In this document: positions 1 to 6,587 of the stretch, one piece after another
How positions within the stretch are numbered: position 1 is the first letter of the stretch
How the letters are laid out: the number at the start of each line of letters is the position of its first letter
Assembly: GCA_050744025.1 (NCBI GenBank)
Contig: JBOGGR010000327.1
Coordinates: 1-13,468, forward strand
Reading direction: 5' to 3'
Source of the DNA: Acidimicrobiales bacterium
Lineage (GTDB): Bacteria; Actinomycetota; Acidimicrobiia; Acidimicrobiales; JAJPHD01
DNA: 13,468 nt
Translations under genes and position numbers: made by a program
Notes under the pieces: model-generated
What the model saw: the letters and a program-made list of their open reading frames with translations, nothing else
Told to the model about the DNA's origin: nothing
The model's database searches: none

Positions 1-1131
1 CCCCCCGGCCCGCTCGGCACCTGCTCGAAGGGCCCCGCCCCGCAGGGCAGCCGGGCGGCTGCTGCCGCCGCCGGTCATGGCGGCCACCGCCGCAGGAGTC
101 AGCAGCAACGACGCCTCGCCCCTGGCCTCCAGCTTGCGGCGGATGCCCCGGTAGCGGGGCTCACGTTCCTTGAACAAGGAGAGGAGCGGGGAGGCGATGA
201 AGATCGACGAGTAGGCCCCGCTGGTGAGGCCGATGACCAGGGCCAGTCCGAACTCCTGGAGGGTGGTGGCCCCCAGCAGCTCGGCCCCGATGAGCAGGAT
301 GGACAGGATCGGCAGGATGGCGGCGATCGAGGTGTTGAGCGAGCGCATCAGCACCTGGTTCATGGACAGGTTGACCGTGTCGGTGTACGTGAGGCGGCCG
401 GTGGCGCCGAGGCCCTTGGCGTTCTCCCTGACACGGTCGAAGACCACGATCGTGTCGTAGAGCGAGTACCCGAGGATGGTGAGCACGCCCACGACGGTGG
501 CCGGCGTCACCGGGAACCCGACCAGGGCGTAGATGCCCACGGTCACGACGAGGTCGTGGAGGACAGCGATCAGGGCGGCGGCGGCCATCTTCCACTCGAA
601 GCGGAACGTGATGTAGAGGCCGATGCAGATGAAGAAGATGATCAGGGCCCGGATGGCCTTGGACGTGATCTCGCCGCCCCAGGTCGGGCCCACGGACGTC
701 TCGCTCACGGCTGTGGGGTTCACGTGGGCGAGCCGGGCCAGCGCGGCCGCCACCGACTGCTTGGTGGCAGCCTGCTGGGCCGGAGTGCCGGTCACCTGGG
801 CCTGGACGTCCAGGGTCCTGCTGGTGCCGCTGCCCAGGGTCTGGATGGTGGCGTTGGTGCCCGCCGCCCCGAGGGCGGTGCGAGCCTGGGACGGGGTGAC
901 CGCTGTGGTCGACACCTCCCAGGAGGTCCCGCCCTTGAAGTCGATGCCGAAGTTGAGGCCCTTGACGCCGAGGGCGGCCATGCCGGCCACGATGACGACG
1001 GCCGATATGGCGAACCACCGCCGCCACTTCCCCACGAAGTCGAAGGACGTCTCCCCCCGGTACAGGCGGGTCCAGATGCTGTGGCGCCGCTCTTCCTCCA
1101 CCGCGGCGGCGACGGCGTCGGTGGCGGTCAC
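1..1131 (-). CDS. secF: Protein-export membrane protein SecF, 3' end truncated by the window edge. GTG start at 1131 overlaps the secD stop in a GTGA arrangement.
   Basis: Hand translation of the minus strand from GTG at 1131-1129 gives VTATDAVAAAVEEERRHSIWTRLYRGETSFDFVGKWRRWFAISAVVIVAGMAALGVKGLNFGIDFKGGTSWEV...LIIFFICIGLYITFRFEWKMAAAALIAVLHDLVVTVGIYALVGFPVTPATVVGVLTILGYSLYDTIVVFDRVREN...LTSGAYSSIFIASPLLSLFKEREPRY. These are classic SecF motifs and TM topology. There is an in-frame TGA 24 nt upstream of the GTG, and the frame stays open to position 1. The ORF track does not list it because it has no ATG and no stop inside the window; the track ORF 161..1159(-) is the wrong frame. Confidence 0.9.
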   Translation of the reverse strand, partial: MTATDAVAAAVEEERRHSIWTRLYRGETSFDFVGKWRRWFAISAVVIVAGMAALGVKGLNFGIDFKGGTSWEVSTTAVTPSQARTALGAAGTNATIQTLGSGTSRTLDVQAQVTGTPAQQAATKQSVAAALARLAHVNPTAVSETSVGPTWGGEITSKAIRALIIFFICIGLYITFRFEWKMAAAALIAVLHDLVVTVGIYALVGFPVTPATVVGVLTILGYSLYDTIVVFDRVRENAKGLGATGRLTYTDTVNLSMNQVLMRSLNTSIAAILPILSILLIGAELLGATTLQEFGLALVIGLTSGAYSSIFIASPLLSLFKEREPRYRGIRRKLEARGEASLLLTPAAVAAMTGGGSSRPAALRGGALRAGAERAGG

Positions 1132-2651
1132 CCGGCCCCCTGACCGGCCGGTGCCTCACCCCGGCGAAGGGCCCGGTCGCCCCGGACGGCCGGGGTGGCG
1201 AGGCCCCTCGCCACCCCGATGAACCGGGCCTCGGTGAAGAAGCGGCTCCGGCCGAGCAGGATCACGAAGGGACGGGTGAAGGTCCAGGCCGTGACCAGGT
1301 CTAGGAGGGTGGACAGGCCGAGGTAGAAGGCGAAGTTCTTGACGTCGGCGGTGGAAAAGACGTAGAGCACCACGGCCCCGATGAGCGACACCAGGTCGGC
1401 GGCGACGATGGTGCGGAATGCGGCCGTGAAGCCGCGGTCCACCGAGGACCGCACGGACTTGCCCGATCTGACCTCGTCCTTCAGGCGCTCGAAGAAGACT
1501 ATGTAGGAGTCGACGATGACCCCCACCGACACGATCAGGCCGGTGATGCCGGCCAGGTCGAGGGTCAGGCCGGCCGGCGAGTGGCCGAGGTAGGAGATGA
1601 TGGCCCACAGCAGCAGCGCCGTCGTGACCAGGCCGAGGAGCACGACGATCCCGAGCGCCCGGTAGTAGAGGACGGTGTAGATGAACACCAGGGCAAGGCC
1701 CACGATGGCGGCCAGGATGCCGGCCTTGAGCGAGGCCGTCCCCAGGGTGGGCGAGACGCTCTGCACCGTCTGCTGGATGAGTTGGACGGGCAGGGCGCCG
1801 TAGCGCAGCTCGAGGGCCAGGTCCTTGGCCTGGGACTCGGTGAAGCTGCCGGTGATCTGACCCTTGCCGCCGAAAGTCCTGGCCTGGATGACCGGGGCCG
1901 ACTCGACCACGCCGTCCAGGACGATGGCGACCTGCTTTTGGTAGTTGGCCGTGGCGATGCTGTCGAAGGTGGGCGAGCCCTTGGCGGTGAGGGTGAAGTT
2001 GACCTGCCACTGGCCGGTCTGGGTGTTGAGGCCGGCGTTGGCGGTCTTGATGATCGTGCCGCTCGCCTGAGACGGTCCGAGGATGTAGCGGCCGGGGACC
2101 GACCCGTTGACCGACTTGAGCGGGAGCAGGACCTCTACCCCCGGCGTGTCCAGGCTCCTCGGCGTGCTGGGCACGTCGGCGAAGTTGACGTTGGTGCTGG
2201 AGGAGGTCGGACAGGCCGGGGGCGGCCCGTGGAGGGTGGGGGGGGACTTGCCCTTGGGAACGGGCTTGGTCGGTGAGTAGGCCGGGAGCGGCCCGGAGGC
2301 CGAGGCGGGCGGGCAGAGGACGGGCCGGAATCGCAGCTGGGCCGTCTGGCCGATGACGGCCAGGGCCTGGGCCCGGTTCTTCACGCCCGGGAGCTGGACG
2401 CTGATGTTGCCCCCGGCGCTGCTGATGTTGGGCTGGGACACGCCGAACGCGTCGACCCGGTTGCGGATGATGGCGATGGTCTGGGTGATGACGTCTGGCT
2501 TCACCGGGTGGGCCGGCTTGTACACGACCGAGATCCCGCCCTGGAGGTCCAGGCCGAGCAGGGGGGCCCAGCCCAGGGCCACCACGGCGACGAAGACGGC
2601 GATCGAGACGGCGATCGTCCCGCTCACCCAGGCCCACAGCCGGCCCCTCAT
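1128..2651 (-). CDS. secD: Protein-export membrane protein SecD
   Basis: The 507-aa ORF has an N-terminal TM helix (MRGRLWAWVSGTIAVSIAVFVAVVALGW), then LDLQGGISVVY, NRVDAFGVSQPNI, a periplasmic P1 domain, and a C-terminal six-TM SecD/SecF core (LKAGILAAIVGLALVFIYTVLYYR...GITGLIVSVGVIVDSYIVFFERLKDE). It sits directly upstream of secF with a 4-nt overlap. It contains a Pro-rich low-complexity linker (PPASASGPLPAYSPTKPVPKGKSPPTLHGPPPACPTSSS). Confidence 0.92.
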   Translation of the reverse strand: MRGRLWAWVSGTIAVSIAVFVAVVALGWAPLLGLDLQGGISVVYKPAHPVKPDVITQTIAIIRNRVDAFGVSQPNISSAGGNISVQLPGVKNRAQALAVIGQTAQLRFRPVLCPPASASGPLPAYSPTKPVPKGKSPPTLHGPPPACPTSSSTNVNFADVPSTPRSLDTPGVEVLLPLKSVNGSVPGRYILGPSQASGTIIKTANAGLNTQTGQWQVNFTLTAKGSPTFDSIATANYQKQVAIVLDGVVESAPVIQARTFGGKGQITGSFTESQAKDLALELRYGALPVQLIQQTVQSVSPTLGTASLKAGILAAIVGLALVFIYTVLYYRALGIVVLLGLVTTALLLWAIISYLGHSPAGLTLDLAGITGLIVSVGVIVDSYIVFFERLKDEVRSGKSVRSSVDRGFTAAFRTIVAADLVSLIGAVVLYVFSTADVKNFAFYLGLSTLLDLVTAWTFTRPFVILLGRSRFFTEARFIGVARGLATPAVRGDRALRRGEAPAGQGAG

Positions 2652-2705
2652 GGCTCCACCGCTCGCGCCGCCATGCTCACCGGGGCACGGTCTTCGAGGG
2701 TGCCC

Positions 2706-3425
2706 TCACTCAGCGCGCCGCTCCCTTGGTGTCGCCTTCCGCGGCGGCGCCTTCTCCAGGTCGGGGGATGCCGGTGCCACGCCGAAGATGCGACCCAGGT
2801 CGGCGCCCCGGCCCGCCTTGCCGTTGCGTACCCGGCCGTCGCGCCCGGCACCGCCCGGCGCGGCCCCGTCGACTCGGGGGGCGTTGCCTCGGGCGGCTCC
2901 GTCGTGCCCGGCCTTCTCGAGGTGGCGACCATCCCGGCCTTCGCCCTCCTCGTCCTCGTCCTCCTCTTCGACGGCGTCTCCGCTCCCGTCCTCGTCCTGC
3001 TCGGACTCCTCGGGGTGGTAGCCGTGCCAGCCGCGGTCCTCCTCGTCGTCGTCGTCGTCGTACTCCTCGTCGTCCCCGACCGTCCCCTCGTCCTCGACGT
3101 CGGTGTCCACTGCAGGCTCGATCTTGCGGGATATGGCCTGGCGGATGAACTCCAGCTCCAGGTCCGGACCCACCTCGAGGATGGTGCGGTCGCCCTCGAT
3201 CGAGACCACCCGCCCGACGATCCCCCCGATGGTGACGACGGTGTCGCCCTCCTCCACCGACTTCTGCGCCTGCTGTTGGCGCTGCTGTCGCTTGCGCTGG
3301 GGCCTGAAGATGAGGAGGTACGCGATGATCAGGAGGGGGATGATGAAGATGATGAAGCTGCCGGAGCCGCTGGACTTCTTTGCTGCGGCGACGAGCAGGG
3401 TCGGAACCAGGAAGATCGTGTGCAT
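2706..3425 (-). CDS. yajC: Preprotein translocase subunit YajC with an unusually long low-complexity C-terminal tail, acidic first and then basic
   Basis: The N-terminal 100 aa (MHTIFLVPTLLVAAAKKSSGSGSFIIFIIPLLIIAYLLIFRPQRKRQQRQQQAQKSVEEGDTVVTIGGIVGRVVSIEGDRTILEVGPDLELEFIRQAISRKIE) match the YajC fold, with a single TM followed by a GGIxG beta domain. ATG at 3425. The gene is in the conserved position between tgt and secD. The remaining ~140 aa are D/E-rich (EEYDDDDDEEDRG...EEEDEDEEGEG) and then R/G/A-rich. Confidence 0.85.
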   Translation of the reverse strand: MHTIFLVPTLLVAAAKKSSGSGSFIIFIIPLLIIAYLLIFRPQRKRQQRQQQAQKSVEEGDTVVTIGGIVGRVVSIEGDRTILEVGPDLELEFIRQAISRKIEPAVDTDVEDEGTVGDDEEYDDDDDEEDRGWHGYHPEESEQDEDGSGDAVEEEDEDEEGEGRDGRHLEKAGHDGAARGNAPRVDGAAPGGAGRDGRVRNGKAGRGADLGRIFGVAPASPDLEKAPPRKATPRERRAE

Positions 3426-3530
3426 GTCGATGGCCTTCGCGCTCGGAGCGGGCGACCATCGACGTTAGCCGACCTGGAGGCCCGCGCCGGTGCGGGGCAA
3501 GTCCGGGGGCCCGCGGCCGGGCGTCCCGGG

Positions 3531-3578
3531 CCGGGGGGCTGGTGGGGCGGTTGGCCGGGGGGCTGGTGGGGCGATTGG
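3531..3578. repeat. Perfect-but-one 24-bp tandem direct repeat x2 (ccggggggctggtggggcg[g/a]ttgg) in the tgt-yajC intergenic region, followed by a partial third copy (ccgggcgcc). G-tract-rich on the plus strand.
   Basis: Read directly in the sequence: copies at 3531-3554 and 3555-3578. It lies between the tgt stop (3595) and the yajC start (3425). Confidence 0.8.
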
Positions 3579-3594
3579 CCGGGCGCCGCTGGGC

Positions 3595-4788
3595 TCACGA
3601 CCAGACCGCGGCCACCTCGGCCCGGAGCCGGGCCAGCCGCCCGGCCGCCACCGCCGCCCTGGCCCGGGCCACCAGCCCGAGGGTCCAGGCCAGGTTGTGG
3701 AGGCTGAGCAGGCGGAGGACGGTCGGCTCCCCCACGGCCATGAGGTGACGGAGGTAGGCCCGGGACCAACGGGCGCACACCGGGCAGGGACAGGCTGGGT
3801 CCGGCGGCGCCGGGTCGGCCCGGTGGGCGGCCCGGCGCAGGGACACCGGGCCCGTGGCGGTCAGCACCCGGCCGTGGCGGGCCAGACGGGTGGGCGCCAC
3901 GCAGTCGAACAGGTCGACGCCGAGGGCGACGGCCTCCACCAGGCCGAGCGGATCGCCGACCCCCATCAGGTAGCGCGGCCGGTCCGGGGGCAGCTCCGCC
4001 AGGGCGGCAGCCAGCGCTGCCAGCATCTGGTCCCGGCGCTCCCCCACGGACAGCCCGCCGATGCCGTAGCCGGCGAAACCCAGCTCGGCCGTGCGCCGGG
4101 CGCTCCCGGCCCGCAGGCCCTCGTCCACCCCGCCTTGGACGATCCCGAACAGGGCCTGCCCCTCCCGCCGGTGAGCCCGGCGGGCCCGCTCGGCCCACCG
4201 CAGGGTGCGATCGGCCGCCTCCTGCACCACCTCGGCCGGCGCCGGGAGGCGCGGGCATACATCGAGGGCCATCTGGATGTCCGCTCCGAGCTGCTCCTGG
4301 ACGGCGACGGCCCCCTCGGGCGTCAGCAGGTGGAGGCTGCCGTCGTAGACCGACTTGAACCGGACCCCCTCCTCCTCCACCTGGCCCGAGAGAGACATGA
4401 CCTGGAAGCCCCCGGAGTCGGTGAGGACGTGGCCGGGCCAGGCGGCGAAGCCGTGGATGCCCCCGAGGGCGGCCACCACGTCCGCCCCGGGCCGGAGCAT
4501 GAGGTGATAGGTGTTCGAGAGGACCACCTGGGCGCCCAGGTCCTCGAGATCAGCGCCGGAGAGGGCCCGCACGCTGCCCCTGGTGGCGACCGGCATGAAG
4601 CACGGCGTGGCGAAGCTCCCCCTGGGCGTCTCCACCCGGCCGGCCCGAGCCCCGCCGTCGGTGGCCTCGACCACCAGACGCAGGTCGGCGCTCGCTGCCC
4701 CCCCCCGGCCGCCGGCCGGGTCGCCGGCGCTCAAAGGGTCGCCGGCGCTCAACGGGTCGCCGGCGCTCAGCGGGTCGCCGGCGCTCAA
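3595..4788 (-). CDS. tgt: Queuine tRNA-ribosyltransferase (tRNA-guanine transglycosylase). The start is uncertain: a TTG at 4788 overlaps the queA stop in a TTGA arrangement and would add an N-terminal (LSAGDP)x4 repeat; the conservative alternative is a GTG at 4674.
   Basis: The C-terminal 360 aa of the track's 1029-aa ORF read ...LRLVVEATDGGARAGRVETPRGSFATPCFMPVATRGSVRALSGADLEDLGAQVVLSNTYHLMLRPG...LTDSGGFQVMSL...GIVQGG...YLMGVGDP...CPCPVCARWSRAYLRHL. This is the Tgt catalytic core with its CxCxxC...H zinc site. The part of that ORF upstream of ~4800 is low-complexity read-through and is not real. GC3 stays high in the Tgt frame through the 18-bp repeats, which supports the long start. The GTG at 4674 aligns with the canonical Tgt N-terminus (E. 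coli MKFELDTTDGRARRG). Confidence 0.85.
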   Translation of the reverse strand: MSAGDPLSAGDPLSAGDPLSAGDPAGGRGGAASADLRLVVEATDGGARAGRVETPRGSFATPCFMPVATRGSVRALSGADLEDLGAQVVLSNTYHLMLRPGADVVAALGGIHGFAAWPGHVLTDSGGFQVMSLSGQVEEEGVRFKSVYDGSLHLLTPEGAVAVQEQLGADIQMALDVCPRLPAPAEVVQEAADRTLRWAERARRAHRREGQALFGIVQGGVDEGLRAGSARRTAELGFAGYGIGGLSVGERRDQMLAALAAALAELPPDRPRYLMGVGDPLGLVEAVALGVDLFDCVAPTRLARHGRVLTATGPVSLRRAAHRADPAPPDPACPCPVCARWSRAYLRHLMAVGEPTVLRLLSLHNLAWTLGLVARARAAVAAGRLARLRAEVAAVWS

Positions 4789-4792
4789 CGTC
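4721..4792. repeat. 18-bp tandem repeat x4 (tcgccggcgctcaVNggg; unit starts at 4721, 4739, 4757 and 4775) at the queA 3' end and tgt 5' junction. A C9 homopolymer lies immediately adjacent at 4698-4706.
   Basis: Read directly in the sequence. In the tgt frame it encodes the hexapeptide SAGDPL x4. The last copy contains the queA stop codon (4785-4787). Confidence 0.85.
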
Positions 4793-5783
4793 GGGCGACC
4801 AGCATGGCGTCGCCGAACGAGAGGAAGCGGTAGCCCGAGTCGCGGGCGACCCCGTACAGGTGGCGCCACCGCTCCCCGCAGAACGCCTCCACCATCAGCA
4901 GGAGGGACGACCGGGGAAGGTGGAAGTTCGTGAGGAGCACGTCCACCACCCGCCAGTCGTGGTGGCCGTGGATGTAGAGCGACGTCCGGCCGGCCAGGCG
5001 GCCGGTCACCTCCACCGTCTCGAGCGCCCTGACCGTGGTCGTGCCCACCGCCACCACCCGGCGGGCCGTGCGGCAGGCCTCCATCGTCGAGGCGGGCACG
5101 TCGTAGGCCTCGGTGTGGATCACGTGGTCCTCGGGACGCTCGGCCGTCACCGGGCGGAACGTGTCCAGGCCGACGGCGAGGTCGACCGCGACCACTCCGA
5201 TCCCGGCCCGGCTGAGCCGGTCCAGCACAGGAGCGTCGAGGTGGAGCCCGGCCGTCGGCGCCGCCACCGACCCCGGGCGATGGGCGTACACGGTCTGGTA
5301 GCGCGACGGGTCGGCCAGGGGCCGGTGGAGGTAGGGCGGCAGGGGCAGGCTGCCGTGGACCTCGGGCAGGGAGGGATCCAGGAGGTTGACGACCCGCCGG
5401 CCCTCGCCGAGGTCCTCCCCGACCTCCAGGGCGGCCGCCTCCCCGGCGTAGAGGGTGTCGCCGGGGCGCACCTTGCGGGAGTGGCGAACGAGGGCCTCCC
5501 AGCGCACCGGCGCAGCGGCGGTCCCCCGCGCGAGGGGTGTGAGGAGGAGGACCTCGACCGCCCCGCCGGTAGGCCGGCGAAGATGGAGCCGGGCCGGGAG
5601 GACCTTGGTGTCGTTCACCACGACCAGGTCGCCAGGCCCCAGCAGGTCGGGGAGGTCCGCCACCCTCCTGTGGTCCAGGGTGCCACCCGGGTCGGTGGCC
5701 ACGAGGAGGCGGGCCGAGCTGCGGGGCTCCGCCGGCTCCTGGGCGATGGCGGTCTCCGGGAGGTCGTAGTCGTACGCAGCCAT
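4785..5783 (-). CDS. queA: S-adenosylmethionine:tRNA ribosyltransferase-isomerase QueA. ATG at 5783; an alternative GTG at 5795 would add VGQP.
   Basis: The translation MAAYDYDLPETAIAQEPAEPRSSARLLV...VVNDTKVLPARL...YQTVYA...PGSVAAPTAGLHL...VGTTTVRALE...LTNFHLPRSSLLLMVEAF...YRFLSFGDAML aligns along its whole length with E. coli QueA (MRVTDFSFELPESLIA...YQTVYS...PGAVAAPTAGLHF...NFHLPEST...YRFFSYGDAMF). Confidence 0.92.
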   Translation of the reverse strand: MAAYDYDLPETAIAQEPAEPRSSARLLVATDPGGTLDHRRVADLPDLLGPGDLVVVNDTKVLPARLHLRRPTGGAVEVLLLTPLARGTAAAPVRWEALVRHSRKVRPGDTLYAGEAAALEVGEDLGEGRRVVNLLDPSLPEVHGSLPLPPYLHRPLADPSRYQTVYAHRPGSVAAPTAGLHLDAPVLDRLSRAGIGVVAVDLAVGLDTFRPVTAERPEDHVIHTEAYDVPASTMEACRTARRVVAVGTTTVRALETVEVTGRLAGRTSLYIHGHHDWRVVDVLLTNFHLPRSSLLLMVEAFCGERWRHLYGVARDSGYRFLSFGDAMLVARR

Positions 5784-5834
5784 GGGCTGACCCACGAGGT
5801 GACCGTAGCCGGGTCCCGGAGACCGGGCCGCTCG

Positions 5835-6449
5835 TCAACCGGTGGCGGCTCGGACGGCCGAGTACGCGGCGAAGCCGAGCAGGATCAGGGCCATGCACTG
5901 CTGGGCTCGGTAGATGGGCACCCGTTCCAGGACCTTCGCCCCGACAGACAGAGCCAGGCCGGAGACGGCCCACAGGGCTGCCAGCGCCCCCACGGCCACC
6001 GACAGCGGGTCGGCGTACTGGGCCGCGAAGTTGGCCGTCGCCACCTGGGTGATATCGCCCCACTCGGCCAGGAACACCACTCCGAACGATGTGGCCACCA
6101 CCCGCCCCAGCGGGGCGGGGCGGCGCCCACTTCGGCGCGGGGGCGCCGCCTCGGCGAGAGCCGGCCCCTCGGCGGGAGGCCCCCGGCGGGCGGTGAGGAG
6201 CACGAAGACTCCTCCCGCGGCGAACAGCACAGCCACGACGGCCTCCACCAGCCGGTGGGGCAGCAGGGCGAACAGGCCCCCGGCCACCACGGCCACTGCG
6301 ACCTCGACCACGAAAGCCCCCGCCGCGCCCAGCCACACCGGGAACGGCCGGTGGCGGGTGGACAGGACCAACGAGGCGATCAGGCTCTTGTCGGGCAGCT
6401 CGCCGACGAAGACCACCCCGAACACCGTGGCGGCCAGGGCCAGGTTCAC
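5835..6449 (-). CDS. UPF0016/GDT1 (TMEM165, MneA-like) family putative Mn2+/Ca2+:H+ transporter. GTG start at 6449 lies 7 nt downstream of a GGGAGG SD.
   Basis: It has two copies of the family signature E-x-G-D-(K/R)-(S/T), namely ELPDKS and EWGDITQ, each at the start of a three-TM repeat. The protein is about 205 aa and hydrophobic. The track ORF (to 6632) extends through the riboswitch-like leader and is implausible. A GTG preceded by gtcGGGAGGccggcg gives an N-terminus (V/M)NLALAATVFGVVFVGELPDKS. Confidence 0.8.
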   Translation of the reverse strand: MNLALAATVFGVVFVGELPDKSLIASLVLSTRHRPFPVWLGAAGAFVVEVAVAVVAGGLFALLPHRLVEAVVAVLFAAGGVFVLLTARRGPPAEGPALAEAAPPRRSGRRPAPLGRVVATSFGVVFLAEWGDITQVATANFAAQYADPLSVAVGALAALWAVSGLALSVGAKVLERVPIYRAQQCMALILLGFAAYSAVRAATG

Positions 6450-6455
6450 CGCCGG

Positions 6456-6461
6456 CCTCCC
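6456..6461 (-). promoter_or_regulatory. Shine-Dalgarno GGGAGG for the UPF0016 transporter gene
   Basis: The minus strand reads gtcGGGAGGccggcgGTG; the plus-strand equivalent is cctccc at 6456-6461. Confidence 0.6.
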
Positions 6462-6480
6462 GACGTTCCCACGTGGGGGG

Positions 6481-6511
6481 GCTGTGCTGGCAACCGTGGC
6501 TGTGCTGGCAA
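6481..6511. repeat. 13-nt direct repeat x2 (plus gctgtgctggcaa; minus-strand RNA UUGCCAGCACAGC) separated by 5 nt, inside the 5' leader of the UPF0016 gene
   Basis: Read directly in the sequence: 6481-6493 and 6499-6511. Its UGCCAGC core is complementary to the GCUGGCA segment of the upstream aptamer candidate. Confidence 0.75.
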
Positions 6512-6587
6512 GCGCCCACTCCCTCCGGCTCTGGAGCCGGGGGGAAGGCGGGGAGCCACTTCGACCCGGCCCGACGGGCAGGTCGAA

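Noticed and set aside
161-1159. 332-aa minus ORF and overlapping plus ORFs (224..460, 556..1143, 623..1222) at the left end
   Set aside because: All are wrong-frame or antisense shadows of secF. The genuine SecF frame is the unlisted open frame ending at 1131.
1156-2637. 493-aa minus ORF overlapping secD, and 1581..2276(+)
   Set aside because: These are alternative-frame and antisense shadows of secD, with Arg/Pro/Gly-rich low-complexity translations.
2710-3459. 249-aa minus ORF, with 2726..3148(+), 3103..3468(+), 2353..3021(+), 2508..3707(+) and 2648..2932(-)
   Set aside because: These are overlapping-frame shadows of yajC and of the secD/yajC/tgt junctions. The YajC frame (2706..3425) is the only one with a recognisable fold and TM helix.
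5796-5834. Possible intrinsic terminator between the UPF0016 gene and queA
   Set aside because: Only a 5-bp GC hairpin (cccgg tct ccggg) with no U-tract. That is not enough to call a terminator, so it is treated as an open question of read-through (see findings).
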